This document shows positions 13,156-26,176 of a DNA stretch of 64,000 nt, one piece after another (the first letter of the stretch is position 1; each line of letters begins with the position of its first letter). The notes below the pieces were generated by a model. The model saw nothing but the letters and a program-made list of their open reading frames with translations. It was not told where the DNA came from and did no database searches. This DNA is from Octopus vulgaris (taxonomy: Eukaryota), in assembly GCA_951406725.2 (NCBI GenBank), contig OX597837.1, positions 21,328,001-21,392,000 of the forward strand, given 5' to 3'. The position numbers and the translations under genes were made by a program.

Positions 13156-13226
13156 AAAAAGGAGGAGAGAGTAAGCTGAGTTCATGACATGATTTTTATC
13201 TTGTATTTTTTTTCTTTCTTTTGTAG

Positions 13227-13280
13227 TGAACATTTTCCCTCATGCTTATGCAAGGAATCAACATTTCCTTAGGATATTCA
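13227..13280 (+). other. candidate 54-nt internal exon
   Basis: TTTTTTTTCTTTCTTTTGTAG acceptor and GTAAGT donor; one frame is open (NIFPHAYARNQHFLRIF); no recognisable homology. Confidence 0.35.
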
Positions 13281-13623
13281 GTAAGTTTGTTATTTATTGC
13301 TTATTTAATTATACTGACGTAAGGTCACGCTTAAGTTTTTGTAAATGGATTGAGAGTTACTGATGTGTCAATGACAAAAACACTTGGTTCACTTAACTGT
13401 AAACAGGGCACCTGATACCACATGGCAGAAAAAAACAGCTCACCTTCTTTGTGAGCAGCTGTATTACTATAAATTAGAGAATCATTAATTTAGTCTTGTG
13501 TTTCATTCCTCTTGTGAGTAGAGCTTAGAGAGAGGGGGGGATGAGTATTACTTATATCCATTGATTAAATATTAAAAAACTAAAGGGTGAAGGAACTCCA
13601 TGATGCACGTCTTTTTGAACCTT

Positions 13624-14050
13624 GACTCTTTTGATACCAAACCATCTGAGACTATTCCTGGTTCTAAGATACAATCTTCCTGTTTTAAACTGGATTTAGC
13701 CAGTTTGAACGTAAAGCAGGAAGAATATTTTGGCCAGATATATCCTGTTTAAATCCTAAAATTAATTCTAAATGTAAACAATCACATCATTGAGATCTTA
13801 AAGTTATGAGATAATGCATGATTAATTCAAAACAGTATGTCTAAATAAGCCTTACATTTGACAGAGTAACCTGAATGCTAAAAGGTTAAAGTTATCTAAA
13901 TTAAAATCTTTCACCACAATTTCATGCTAATTTGTGTTCCAAACTAGTTTGATAGTGACAGAATTATTTTACTAAATTCTGTATTATTTTAAAAATTAAT
14001 TGAAACAAACACAGTGTATATCAACACAGATATGCTAACAAAAGAATTAA
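13624..14050. mobile_element. MITE family 2 copy containing rearranged MITE family 1 pieces (~13690-13888)
   Basis: CTTTTGATACCAAACCATCTGAGAC start and GCTAACAAAAGAATTAA end, with family 1 sequence inside. Confidence 0.65.
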
Positions 14051-14279
14051 GAGAATGAAAGGGATGATGTTGAGCCTGGCCCTCAGTGGTGAAATTAAAT
14101 GCTACAATGTATTTAGGTCAGTGTTCTCCCATGTCTGGTAATTAAGCCACTGCTTTATTAATTACCATTATCTATAACTTAACAGACTTTACAACTGTTC
14201 AGTGTCTGAATTGTTACTTTTTACATTCAGATTTCTCCATTGCAAGCTACTCATACTTAATATAACTATTAATCATGTA

Positions 14280-14320
<41 letters not shown>

Positions 14321-14401
14321 TTCAGGAAATTATAACACCATCTAGTTTTATTAGCTATTTGTTCATGTTGATGGTAGAGATTTGGACATTACCATTTAGA
14401 C

Positions 14402-15023
14402 TAACGGTTCTCAACCATCTTTTCCTTATAAACCCCTTTGATTCCTATTTCATTCAAGTGGACCCTCAAGGTCATTTGATGTTTGAAAAAAATCTCGTGT
14501 TTTTATAATTAAATATTAGGAATCATACAAAAAGATTAAAATATTTTGTATATTGTAGAAGAATAACCAGTTTATTACACATAGGTGCAGGCATGGCTGT
14601 GTGGTAAGAAGCTTGCTTCTCAACCACATGGTTCAAGGTTCAGTCCCACTGCACAGCACCTTGCTAAAATGTCTTCTATAGCCTTGGGCCAACCAAAGCC
14701 TTGTGAGTGGATTTGGTAGATGGAAACTAAAAGAAGCCCATCATATATGTCTTGTGTGTGTTTGTATTTATGTGTGTATATCTTTTGTGTCTGTGCTTGT
14801 CCCCCCACCATTGCTTGACAACTGATAACTATAACTTAGTGGTTCAGCAAAAGAGGCCGATAGAGTAAGTACTAGGCTTACAAAGAATAAATCCTGGGTT
14901 AATTTCTTCGACTAAAACTTTTTAAGGCAGTGCTCCAGCATGGCCGCAGTCAAATGGCTGAGAGAAGTAAAAGAATAAACTTTAGCAATAAAATCTTATA
15001 TGGAGCCCAGTTAAGAACCACTG
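14402..15023 (+). mobile_element. hAT (Charlie-like) MITE with 8-bp TSD, split by a SINE
   Basis: TAACGGTTCTCAACC ... AGTTAAGAACCACTG termini; flanks ATTTAGAC (14394-14401) and TTTTAGAC (15024-15031). Confidence 0.8.
14583..14979 (+). mobile_element. tRNA-derived SINE family A, full length
   Basis: A-box-like TGGCTGTGTGGT, B-box-like GGTTCAGTCCC, central (GT)-rich tract and A-rich tail; more than ten relatives in the window. Confidence 0.9.
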
Positions 15024-15187
15024 TTTTAGACCCTTAGTAGTTATTCTATATGATTAGGAAATTGTCTTTTGCAACCACATAGTTTCAGGTTCAATCCCTG
15101 TGTTGCACCTTGGATGACTGCCTTCTACTGTAACCTCCAGGTGATCAATGGCTTATGGAAGAATTTGCTAAGGAAGCTTGTCATGTT

Positions 15188-15490
15188 TGAAGGTATGTGG
15201 CTTAGTGGCCAGGGTATTCGGCTCATCATTGTGAGGTTGTGAGTTCGATTCCTGGCAGCACATGTGTGTCCCTGGGCAAGACACTTTATTTCATGTCATT
15301 CCAGTCCACTCGGCTGGCAAAAATGAGTTGTTCTGGTAATTCAAAGAGTCGACTTTGTGACATTGTGTGTCACACTAAATCTCTCTGAGAATTATTTTAA
15401 GAGTACGCAGGCCTGTGGAGTGCTCAGCCTTTAATTTCGCAAGCAGGCTTTTCTGTTGATCAAATAAACTGGAATACTTGTTGTCATCTA
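15188..15490 (+). mobile_element. tRNA-derived SINE with CORE-like domain (family E)
   Basis: TGGCTTAGTGG A box, GTTCGATTCC B box, then TGTGTCCCTGGGCAAGACACTTTATTTC...CCAGTCCACTC..CTG..AAAATGAG, resembling the CORE-SINE domain. Confidence 0.75.
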
Positions 15491-16407
15491 CCAAATTTTC
15501 TAATAACCAATTGTACTGAGATGGAAATATGAGGGAATTTTGTAGGTGTGTGTCTGTGAATGTTTACAATCCACATTCGTTACCAGTTGAGTGAAGTTTT
15601 GGTGATATTGACAATCCTCATTGACATGGCCAATACTCTGTGCTTTCAAAAGACCTGTGGAATAAAGAAGCCCTTTACTTTAAAAACAGGCACAAGTTAA
15701 CAATATAAAGATCATCAGGCTGTAAAATCCTGTCTCAATTTATGTCCAAATGCATGTCAGAATGGAAAAAAAAAAAGAATGTTGAATAAGTGAAAGAATC
15801 AAGACTTTATTTTGTTTTGCTTTTCTCTTGTGTTATCTTTAGTTGAGTGGCGGTGGGAGTTTGAGTATTGTCCTGAAAATACCTTTTAGTATTTGCTTAT
15901 TGTGCTTGAGGTTCAAATCCACATCCCATCTTGTTTGATTTATATTTTCATTCTTCTGAATGATTTGTGTTTCCATTCTTCCGATTGTCTCCTGAAGACA
16001 ATGACCCCAGACACGACCACAGCTCTCTAACTAAAACCAGTAAAAGAAAGGCAACGTGTGTGAGTGCACACACTTGTTGCTTCTTGGGGCATTGTTACTT
16101 AACTGATTGTCAGCTTGCTTTGCATCTTTGAAGACTTGTAAAATAAGAAATCTCTTACTTGAAAATCAGGACAAGATTAGCTACAGAAAGAGCATCCAGC
16201 TGTAAAACACACTCCATAATAAATATGCTTAAGTTATGCTGGCAGACAAAAATGTATGTAAAAAGAACATATAAAGTGTGTGAGTGTGTGTGTAAATCAA
16301 AAATAAAAGGCAGAAATAAAAACAAAAACAGGAAAAACAATAAAAGTCAAAAGGATGTACATAATGGATGTATCAGAGAAAGTTTAAGATGGAAAAAAGA
16401 GGGTGGG

Positions 16408-16436
16408 TGACGTTTCGAACATGTCTCTTCATCAGA
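16408..16436 (-). ncRNA. decayed hammerhead-like core motif
   Basis: Minus strand reads CTGATGA-A-GAGACATGTTC-GAAA-CGTCA; stem II is imperfect and stem I is not formed. Confidence 0.3.
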
Positions 16437-16489
16437 AAGAGGAAAAAGGAGAGAAGGCAAAGTGTCTCATTACGAGTGTGTGTGTATAG

Positions 16490-16745
16490 GTGCATAGCCT
16501 AGTGGTTAGGTTGTTGCAGTCAGGATTGTGAGATTTTGGTTTTGGTGTCCAGACCAGCAGTGTCTTGTGCTCTTGAGTAAAACACATTATTCCATATTGC
16601 TCCAATCCACTCCCATTCAAGGTGAATGCTGACCTGCCCATCCAGCCAGTGGGATGGCATCATTTGAAAGCTACAACGATGTGACAAAGTGCATTGTGAT
16701 CAGCTGTGTATAACAGCATCCAATAACCTGGTTGATATAGTGATA
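16490..16745 (+). mobile_element. SINE family E (tRNA head, CORE-like), decayed
   Basis: TAGCCTAGTGGTTAG head; 3' part matches 49115-49213. Confidence 0.7.
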
Positions 16746-18013
16746 CTGTGAAATTTGACCACCATCATCTTTTAGTGTCTGTTTTCCATGCTGGTATGGG
16801 TTGGATGGTTTGACCAGAGTTGGCAACCAGGAGAGCTGCACCAGGTTCCAGTTTGATTTGGCTTGGTTTCTACAGCTGGATGCCTTTCCGAATGCCAACC
16901 ACTTTACAGAGTGTGCTGGGTGCCTTTTGAGTTGCACTGGCATGGGTGCTTTTACATGGCACTAGCACATTTTAGGTGGGACTGGCATGGGTGCTTTTTA
17001 CATGGCAGCGGCACAGGGCTCTTGTGGGTCAATCCTCTTTAGCAGGAGGAGCAGGATATATAAATATATAGGTGTTAGGAAGGGGCGTCCAACTGTAGAA
17101 ACCATGCCTCAAGGGATAATTAGAATCTGGACAACTCCTGTCAAACAGTCCAACCTGTACCAATGTAGAAAACATGTTAAAAGATGATGATTATAATACA
17201 CACACACACACACAATTATGGAGAGGAAAAGAAGAGATGTGAAATGTTTCGAGTGGGTACAGTATTTGACTGTTTGGCTCATGAGTGTTCAGAATCCATT
17301 TCAGGTGTTTATTTGTCCTTGAGCAAGAAAACTATTTGTCTTAATTCATTTACATGTGTTAAGTGGCATGAGCAGAATATAAAACCATGGGACGTTACTT
17401 GTTGCTTCACATAGATTAGGTGTCCTTGTATCCCACTAAAACAACTTGCAGTAAATTGGATCTGATCAAACTACCTTTACAAATCATTTGAATTTGTAGA
17501 GATATTTGTCATTGTTATTTATTATCAACATTTACACATACATATCTTACATACATACATACTTTTTTAAGTAGGGCACTCAACTGTCTTTGCATGCAGC
17601 GATTAATTTATTTTTTACTTTTATTATCTCCACAACCTAAATACGCAATTTATTATCTTCTCTATTTATTATTGCAGTCATTAATAAATCCTGTCAGTTT
17701 TGCTCAAAGAAGAAAAAAAAAATGTAAATGCATGTGTATCTATTGTTGGTCTCTGTTTCCATATCTTGCCCTCATGATGTGCCTTTTCCTTTTCTTTTTT
17801 TTCTTCCGTTTTTTTTTTTTTGGTTTTGTTTCTCAAATTATTTTTAAAGCTGCACTGATTACATTATCCAGCATTCAGATCATTTATTTTGATATTTATG
17901 TGTAATGGACAGAACATACAAATGTATCCATATAAATACATCTATTGTGTGCTTAGTTGTGTTACATACATACATAATACATGTGCATGTAGGTATGTGT
18001 AGATGTGTGTGTA

Positions 18014-18048
<35 letters not shown>

Positions 18049-18522
18049 GTGTGTGTGTGTGTATCTAAAAAGGTATATATATATATATGTTTGTTCATAT
18101 ATATATATATGTTTGTTCATATATGTATATATATATATAAATTTTCTCATTCAGGCCTTGTGCTTATAATAGAAAGGATTATTATTGTTGTATATATGTA
18201 CACTCATGTTACACACTCTACTTTCATTATTAGCTAAGTGGTATTGTTCTTTTCAGTATTTGTAATGATAAGGTTAAAAATAAAGATTTCTTCCTTGCAT
18301 ATTGGATGTATTTTAGTTAACAGAATAATTTCTCTGTGGTTATTTTCGAATGTCTTCTTGGGAACTATCTTATATATAACTATGAAGTTTATGCAAGGTG
18401 AAATTTAGAATCAACTTTCTTAAATGAGAAGTGACATACCCTCACTTTTTTCTTTACATATTTTCCTTCAGCTCTTCTTGTTTTAAGTTTATGGTTTTGC
18501 TTCTATTTTTTTCTGTCCTTTG

Positions 18523-18561
<39 letters not shown>

Positions 18562-19435
18562 GGCAGTGAGCTAGCGAAATTGTTAGCATGCTGGGGAAAA
18601 TGCTTAGTGGCATTTCATCCGTTTTATGTTCTAAATACAAATTACATCGAGGTCAACTTTGCTTTTCATCCTTTTGGGGTCGATAAGGACCAGTTGAGTA
18701 CTGGGGCCGATGTAATTAACTAAGCTCCCTTCCCCAAAATTTCAGGCCTTGTTCCTTTAGTAGAAAAGATTATTATTATTATTATTATTAAGGCGGCGAG
18801 CTGGCAGAAACGTTAGCACGTCAGGCGAAATGCTTAGCAGTATTTCGTCTGCTGTTACGTTCTGAGTTCAAATTCCGCCGAGGTCGACTTTGCCTTTCAT
18901 CCTTTCGGGGTCGATAAATTCAGTACCATTTACACACTGGGGTCGATGTAATCGACTTGGTCCATTTGTCTGTCCTTGTTTGTCCCCTCTGTGTTTAGCC
19001 CCTTGTGGGCAATAAAAAAATAAGAATTGTTAGCACACTGGGCAAAATGCTGAGTGGCATGTTGTCCATCTTTACGTTCTGTGTTCAAATTCCACCAGGG
19101 TTGATAAATTTAGTTCCAGTGACACACTGGGGTTGATGTAATCATCTAGTCCCTTTTACCAAAATTTCAGGCCTTGTGCCTATAATAGAAGGGATTGTTA
19201 TCATTTAGAAGGTGGTGAGCTAGCAAAATCGTTAGCACACTGGGGAAAATGCTTAGTGGCATTTCGTCTGTTTTATGTTCTGAATTCAAATTATGCCGTG
19301 GTTGACTCAGCCTTTTACCCTTTCAGGGATCAATAAAATATATACCAGTTGAGCACTGGGGTCAATGTAATTGATTAGCCCCCCTCCTCCATAATTTTTG
19401 ATCATGTGCTTGTAATAGAACAGAAAGGATTATTG
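18562..19435 (+). mobile_element. head-to-tail array of four SINE family B copies
   Basis: Repeated GG.GG.GAGCT.GC.GAA..GTTAGCAC...GTTCAAATT...GCCTTTCATCCTTTCGGGGTCGATAAA units, mostly separated by ATT-rich tails; the copy at 18790-19022 is least decayed. Confidence 0.9.
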
Positions 19436-20202
19436 TTATTATTATGCAAATTCAGACATATTCTTAGCCCTTTTCTTTTTGTAAATTACCAATGCTTTCG
19501 GTCTTACACACACACACACACAGATCATTTTTCGAAACAATAATTTAATGAAAATATTCCTTAGAAAATTTAATTATTTGAACATTTTCTTTGAGTTAAT
19601 TAGTGCATTATCATTATCTTTTAACCAGAAATACTTAACGTAAATTAATTTTGGATTATTTCTTCAAAATATTGTTTTTTTGTTTTTTTTCCCCTTTATT
19701 CTACAAATTCCTAACTATGTTTGCTGTTTTAAAAAGAAATATTTCCTGCGATACAAGAACTACTGTGCTTCAGTGTTTCATGGCTTCCTTCACTGCCTCA
19801 GTGTGTGAACAAGCTTTCACAGGAACCGATGAAGGGCAGCATAACCTGACCACTTCACTTGCTAAAGTATTAAGAGCACATGTTTGAATTCTTGATCCCT
19901 TGGGGGCTACATACCCAATACAAAGACAAGATGGTTACATTAAATGAGAGAGAGAGCTGCTGATAGACAAAACTCAACTTAAGGCTTGCTTGCTACATAC
20001 AGTGCAAGCATGTATGCATAATACAATCAACATAATGTATTCCAATAGAACACAAACAATTCAAGCTTTTTTTTATATTATTCTAATACTTCAGAATTTC
20101 AAAGTATACTTGTAACATCAGCACCTAGACCATAATATTACACAAGGTTGCACACAGACACACACATACACACACACACATGTTATGGTCATATGTTTGA
20201 GA

Positions 20203-20418
20203 AGTGAGCTGGCAGAACTGTTAGCACTCCAGGAAAAATGCTTAGCGGCATTTCATGTCTTTATGTTGTGAGTTCAAATTCTGCCAAGGTCAGCTTTGCC
20301 TTTCATCCTTTCGGGGTCAGTAAAAATAAGTACCAGTTGAACACTGGAGTTGGTGTAATTGACCCCTTCCCCCCGCCCCGAAATTGCTGGCCTTTTCCAA
20401 AATTTGAAATTATCATTA
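20203..20418 (+). mobile_element. SINE family B
   Basis: Matches 18790-18960 with the alternative CCTTGTGCCAAAATTTGAAA-type tail. Confidence 0.85.
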
Positions 20419-21431
20419 TGTTTATATGTGTATGTATATTGTAGATACTGATATTGATGCATAAAACATATTGATTTTAAACATGTAATGTTTAATTACT
20501 CACAGGGTTTAGAATTAGTTGTGGATTATCTTGTAGCTGTGAGCTTTTGATAATGTGATTGTTTATTTTTAGAGTAGCATTGTAGGGTAGGTGTGAGAGG
20601 CTGGATCTGGCCAGTTTGAACGTTAAATAAGTAGGATATTTGGGTTGGATATAGTTGACTTAAATATGAAAGAGTTGAATTATGTAGCAATCAGATCATT
20701 CTAAAATTACATTTTACTGTCTGTATGGAAGGGCTCATTGGATAATGTACTTCTAAAGTGTTGTTTTTTGTGGAGGATGTGGAAAGGTGAGAAGAGTCTT
20801 TCAGTTATAGATCTGTTATATAAGTACTGAAATTGGAGGAGGCTAAACAACTACAGAAATAACTATGTAATAAATAAAATAGTACTGAATAGTATAAAAG
20901 GCTATTAACTACTCAGCTTTGTATTTCAGGTGTATTGTGTATTGGTTATGCTATTGTTACACACCTGTCATAAAGTCAATGTCCTTGTGGTGACTTCTAG
21001 AATTTTGTAGTTTTCTTTTTTTTAGCTTATTTTCTATTTAAACTGATTATAATAATACGTGAAATATTGTTATTGTATTTTAAACTGCGTTAGAACATGC
21101 ATAAACCTCTATTTGTGCTATTGATTTCAATTGGATGAATGCTTATACGTTATTTTATTCATATAACATTTCTGAGTACATTTTTATTTGGATTACCTAG
21201 TTTTACATTTTTCCTTTAAAAACAAAAATCTTATTGAGAATATAGATTCTTTTATTTCTTTACTGGAAATGTTAAGTGTGTAAATACAAAATTGTACCTT
21301 AACTAAATGTGTCACTAAGTCTAAAGTAGTCTTCTTATTTTGAAGAACACTCTTCATATTCTCTATGCTCCAACTGTTTTAAATTTTTGTTTCTTTGCTT
21401 TTTACGTCAATCTTTTGTCTTTTACATTTTT

Positions 21432-21811
21432 GCATTCATTGGATTGTGGCCAACCTGGAGCAATGCCTTGAAGGGCATTTAGTCCAGACAAACTGAACCC
21501 CTGTACTTAACTTTTTAAGTCTGGTGCTTATTCTATCAATATCTTTTGATGAACTGTTAAGTTAGAGACTTAAACACACCAACATTGGTTGTCAAGTGGG
21601 ATAGATGGGGGTTACACAAATACAGTTACAGTCTCCTCTCTCTCTCTCACACACACTCATGACAGGCTTCCACACAGTTTCTATGTACCAGATTCACTCA
21701 AAGCATTGGTTGGCCCAGGGCTCTTTAGTAGAAAATATTTTCCCAAGACACCATGCAGAGAACCAATCCTGAAACCACATGGTTGATTAGCAAGCTTCTT
21801 TCTTAATCACA
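21432..21811 (-). mobile_element. SINE family A, decayed
   Basis: Reverse-complement match to the family A tail and body. Confidence 0.75.
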
Positions 21812-22641
21812 CTTATTACAACACAACCTTCGAAAGTTTATCTTGTAAATGCCAGACCATTTTGGAAATGTTGCATCCCCTTTTCTTACTGCACTGGCCC
21901 CTGTAAATAGCTTAACATTTTGTTGAGCAATGTCTAGGTAGAATTGATAAACCCCAGTTTCTGCTTATATTCAGCCTATCCCAGATAGGTGGTTAGAGTC
22001 CTGGGCTCCCGATCATAAAGTTGTAGGTTTCATTCTTGGACTCGGTGGTGCAGTTGTGTCCTTAAGCAGGGCATTTCAGTTCACATTGCTTCGGTCTCTT
22101 CAGCTGAAAATGAACACCAGCTGAATGTTGTTGCAGCCCTCATTTTTTTTATACTCCTCCCTACTGCCTATCATATCCTCACTGTCTCATTTGGTCAAGG
22201 ATGAGATGGAAAGGAGGGTATCTATGTCTGCACCTAAAACAGTTAGTGAAAGCATGGAACATGCTAGCAAGTCGTAGTCTCTTGTTAGTGGCAACTGTGG
22301 TTTTTCTTTTTACGTACGAGTCTATATATGCAATATGAAACTTTGTCTTTACAAAATACAACATTTGAGTTATGTCTGCGCTACACATTGTTTTACTTTT
22401 GTCACAAATTCTTTCTTGTTTGAAACTGTATTTGTCTTACTTTCTCACCTCCTCGCCATAAGTATTTCTAGTTAGGTTTCATTGGACATTCAGGATTGTC
22501 TGAAAATCATGTTTGTATGTAAAAGCTGTGAATAAATGCAACTAGACAGATTACTAAACATTACAAATATTCTTAAGCATGTGCACACAACATAAAAACA
22601 TAAAAGCTTCAAAATAAAAATAAAAATATAGTTTTAATGTT

Positions 22642-23488
22642 CAGCAGTATCAGTACCAAGCAGTGTTTAGGCATAAGCAAACTTTAAGTTAGTCAAGATA
22701 TGTTTATGGCATATTTCATATTTCAGCTTCTGAATTCACTACAAATACTGTGGAGAAAAAAATTCTCTCTTATGGTAAAAAGGGTGTAAAAGCCCATATC
22801 TACCCAGTGCTGCTCCCTATTAGATTCCTAGACATGTTTGTAGCTCTTGAGCCATTATCAATGGCAAATACCAAAGAGAAGCAACTCTGGACAGACTTAA
22901 TTAAAGCTGTAGCTTTAACTAAAATACAGTCAGCAACATTGAGTTGCACCATTAGACTGCCAGGTTGGAAGAAATTTCACCAGTTTCAGTGCCAAGCAGT
23001 GTTTAGGCATAAATGAACTTTAGGTTGGTTAAAATGTTTGTCACATATTTCATCTTCTAATGGCAAATTCACTGCAGTTACCATGGAGAAAAAATACTCG
23101 CTTATTGTAAAAAGGTGTAAAAACACCATATCTGCCCAGCACTGCCCTGTAACTAACCTAAAGTTCACTTATGCCTAAATACTGTCTGGCACTGATACTG
23201 TTGAATTTATTCCAACTTGGTGGTCTAATAGCACAACACAGTCAACAACAGTGACTGTGTCTTAGTTAAAGCTATGGCTTTAAAATATGCCCAGAGTTAC
23301 TTTCTCTTCGGTATTTCCCATTGATAACATTAAAGAGCTTAATGCATCTAAGAAGGAGTACTGGGCAGATGGGGTGTTTCTACAGCTTTTTACCGTAAGA
23401 GAATTTTTTCTTCATGGTCACTGCAGTGAGTTTGCCGTTAGAGGTTGAAATATGTAACAAACATATTTTAATTAACCTAGAGTTCACC
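22642..23488. repeat. ~336-bp unit in 1.5 direct copies plus one abutting inverted copy
   Basis: CAGT.CCAAGCAGTGTTTAGGCATAA at ~22651 and ~22987; 23150-23488 is the diverged reverse complement of a full unit. Confidence 0.85.
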
Positions 23489-24301
23489 TAATTTTAACAT
23501 TGTTGTAAATTGATTAGTTATAACTAGTTTTAGAATAAGTTATGTATTATGTATAAAATTTTTTTACCTTTTTATTCAATTAATAATGACAGAGTCACTT
23601 GGGGATCTCAACATGCAAAAGATAGTAATTAAATCTATCTTACATTACACCTTCACATCCTGACCCATTAACATGTAATGCTTATTTATTCACATTGTTT
23701 TGAATTAATCATACATTATCCTGTAACTTAGAGACTTTGATGATGTGACTGTTTGTTTTCAGAATGACATTGTCGGGTAAATTTGAGAGGCTAGATCTGG
23801 TTAGTTTTAACAGAAAACAGGTACAATATTTGAGCTGGTTATGACTGATTTAAATACTAAAGTATCCTACCCTAAGAAAGGGGTAGACACTTCAGAGAAC
23901 GTAATCCTAGTATTCAGGTTTGACTAAGGGCTAGCTATTGGTTGTGACCATACAGTTTCCTGTTGCTTGTTTTCAGACAAATATTGAGGAGATTTTGGTT
24001 AGGATGTTCTCTTAAAGTGTTGTTCTTGGAAGTAGTCACCATCACAATAAGATCTTGTCACTTTGCATAATTTTAGATTCTCATCTTAAACATTTGTACA
24101 GCTCCACATAAAAAGCACCCAGTACACTCTGTCAAATGGTTGGCATTACAAAGGGCATCCAACAGTAGAAACCAAACCAAAACCTGGAGTGGCTCCTAGC
24201 CTTGTCAATTCCTCTCGAGTCATCCAAACCATGCCAGCATGGAAAACAGATGTTAAATATTGATGATGATGATGATGTATGTGTGTGTGTGTTGGAATAT
24301 G

Positions 24302-24534
24302 TATTTCTTTACTACCCACAAGGGGCTAAACACAGAGAGGACAAACAAGGACAGACAAACGGATTAAGTCGATTATATCGACCCCAGTGCGTAACTGGTA
24401 CTTATTTAATCTACCCCGAAAGGATGAAAGGCAAAGTCAACCTCGGCGGAATTTGAACTCAAAACGTAGCGGCAGACGAAATACCGCTAAGCATTTCACC
24501 CGGCGTGCTAACGTTTCTGCCAGCTCGCCGCCTT
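24302..24534 (-). mobile_element. young SINE family B copy with apparent TSD
   Basis: CpG-rich and near-consensus; TGTTGGAATAT occurs at both 24290-24300 and 24540-24550. Confidence 0.9.
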
Positions 24535-26176
24535 CTATATGTTGGAATATATGTGTAACCAATAGTAGTCATTATTCCATCTCCTTTCCCTCCTTGGTCT
24601 ACATAGTGTAATTGACTATTACTTCTACATTTACTGTGTACAAGGTTCTCCACTTACTGTTCACAGGGTTTAGTTGTTGACTAAATGAGCAGAAAAAGTG
24701 TACAGTTGTGGGGCTCCCTCCTGTTCTGTATCATCAAAGGCCAATTCAGCTTCTCTAGTGTTGGTACCTCAAGAAAAATGCATCGAGTACACTCTGTGAA
24801 AGCTTGGCAGTAGGAGAGACATCTAGCTGCAGAAACCAAGACAAATGGTACCAGTATTTAGCAGCAGTAGCTCTGAATGGGTGATGACAAGGTGTGTGAC
24901 GACTCATTCAACAACCCATGCTATCATGTAAAGCATATGTAAAATGATGATGATCTTTTTTTTTAAACCTCTCTGTCTCCTTGTCAACTTTGCCTTTCAT
25001 CTTTTCAAGGTTGATAAAGTACCATTCCTATACTGGGGTACATTCTTCCTCTTTGTTTCATTTTCTCTCTCTCTCATAAGAAGAAGAAAAAGAAATCAGC
25101 TGTGGTGAGACCTACTGAGGGATGGGTTCCACCAGTTTTAAAACTGCCCAAGATATACTGTATGCCATAATAGCACCTCCTTGACTCAATCAAGGAGTTA
25201 AGGGCCCAAAAGCAAGGCAAGGCAAGGCATCTCCCCTTTCACCTTAGTATAATTCAGAAACATTCTGGCTGAAACAGCTACTGACAGTAGACCCTCAGAG
25301 AGAGAGAGAGAATAAGAGAGAATTTCATAGTTATATATTGAAACAGATTGACCTTAACTGTAACTTATTTTATCAGACCCATAGAAACAACCTAAAGAAT
25401 GAACCATGTCAATATTTCAACTAAAAAAAGAACTGTAAAGTATTGAATTTGATACCACAAAATAACCATGCCATCAATAGCTTGCTTGAGACCTGTGTGG
25501 TGCATGCATGTGTGTACATGTGCATGCATGCACACTTGTCATTGCATAGAATTTACAATTTTTTTCTCCTTATATATATATTTAAACAAACCGATTGTGC
25601 AATACCTATTTCTTTTCAAAGTGTATGAAAATGGCTAATTAGAGTTTCATTGACTTCAATGGATTTTAAAAAGTTATATATGGGTGTGTGTGTGTAAATA
25701 TATATGTATATATAAATATGTGTGTGTGTGTAAATATATATGTATATATAAATGTGTGTGTATATACACACATGTTTATGTGTGTGTGTGTGCATGCTAC
25801 CACAGAATAACATACAGAAAAATACATTTAGAAATATATAAATTTTCAGTAATTTAAAAATATCCTATGAAAAGGCCTAAATTTCATATATTTTTCTTTT
25901 TGTACACTGGTTTAGATTCGAAGGATTACCTTAATTTTGCCTCTTGTTAGTTTTTCCAAAAGGCTGTCTGAATGGCAAGAACTTAGTCCAGACTTTTCCA
26001 TTCTACCGCATCGAGTCTGATGTCGATGAATTTCTCCTCTTCACTAATTTTCCTTCATTGTGATCAGCTTGTGAAGGCTTTGGTGGGAGTCGCTACTAAA
26101 ACCTCTGTTTCATAAATACTTTCTGCACCTTGATGAACTTCACTGGTGATGCTATTTCTAATGCAAGCCAGCTTAA

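Noticed and set aside
19485-19540. Possible minus-strand hammerhead remnant (GATC..(TG)n..GACC-GAAA)
   Set aside because: No CUGANGA-like core or stem I; compatible with chance
20928-20968. CAGGTGT...ACACCTG hairpin as a pre-miRNA
   Set aside because: The stem is too short and imperfect, and no known mature miRNA was recognised
22200-22277. Protein-like stretch DEMERRVSMSAPKTVSESMEHASKS* (and DFLNEAEISSHAEVVMSESLRE at ~28154-28221)
   Set aside because: Short, with weak splice sites and no recognisable homology
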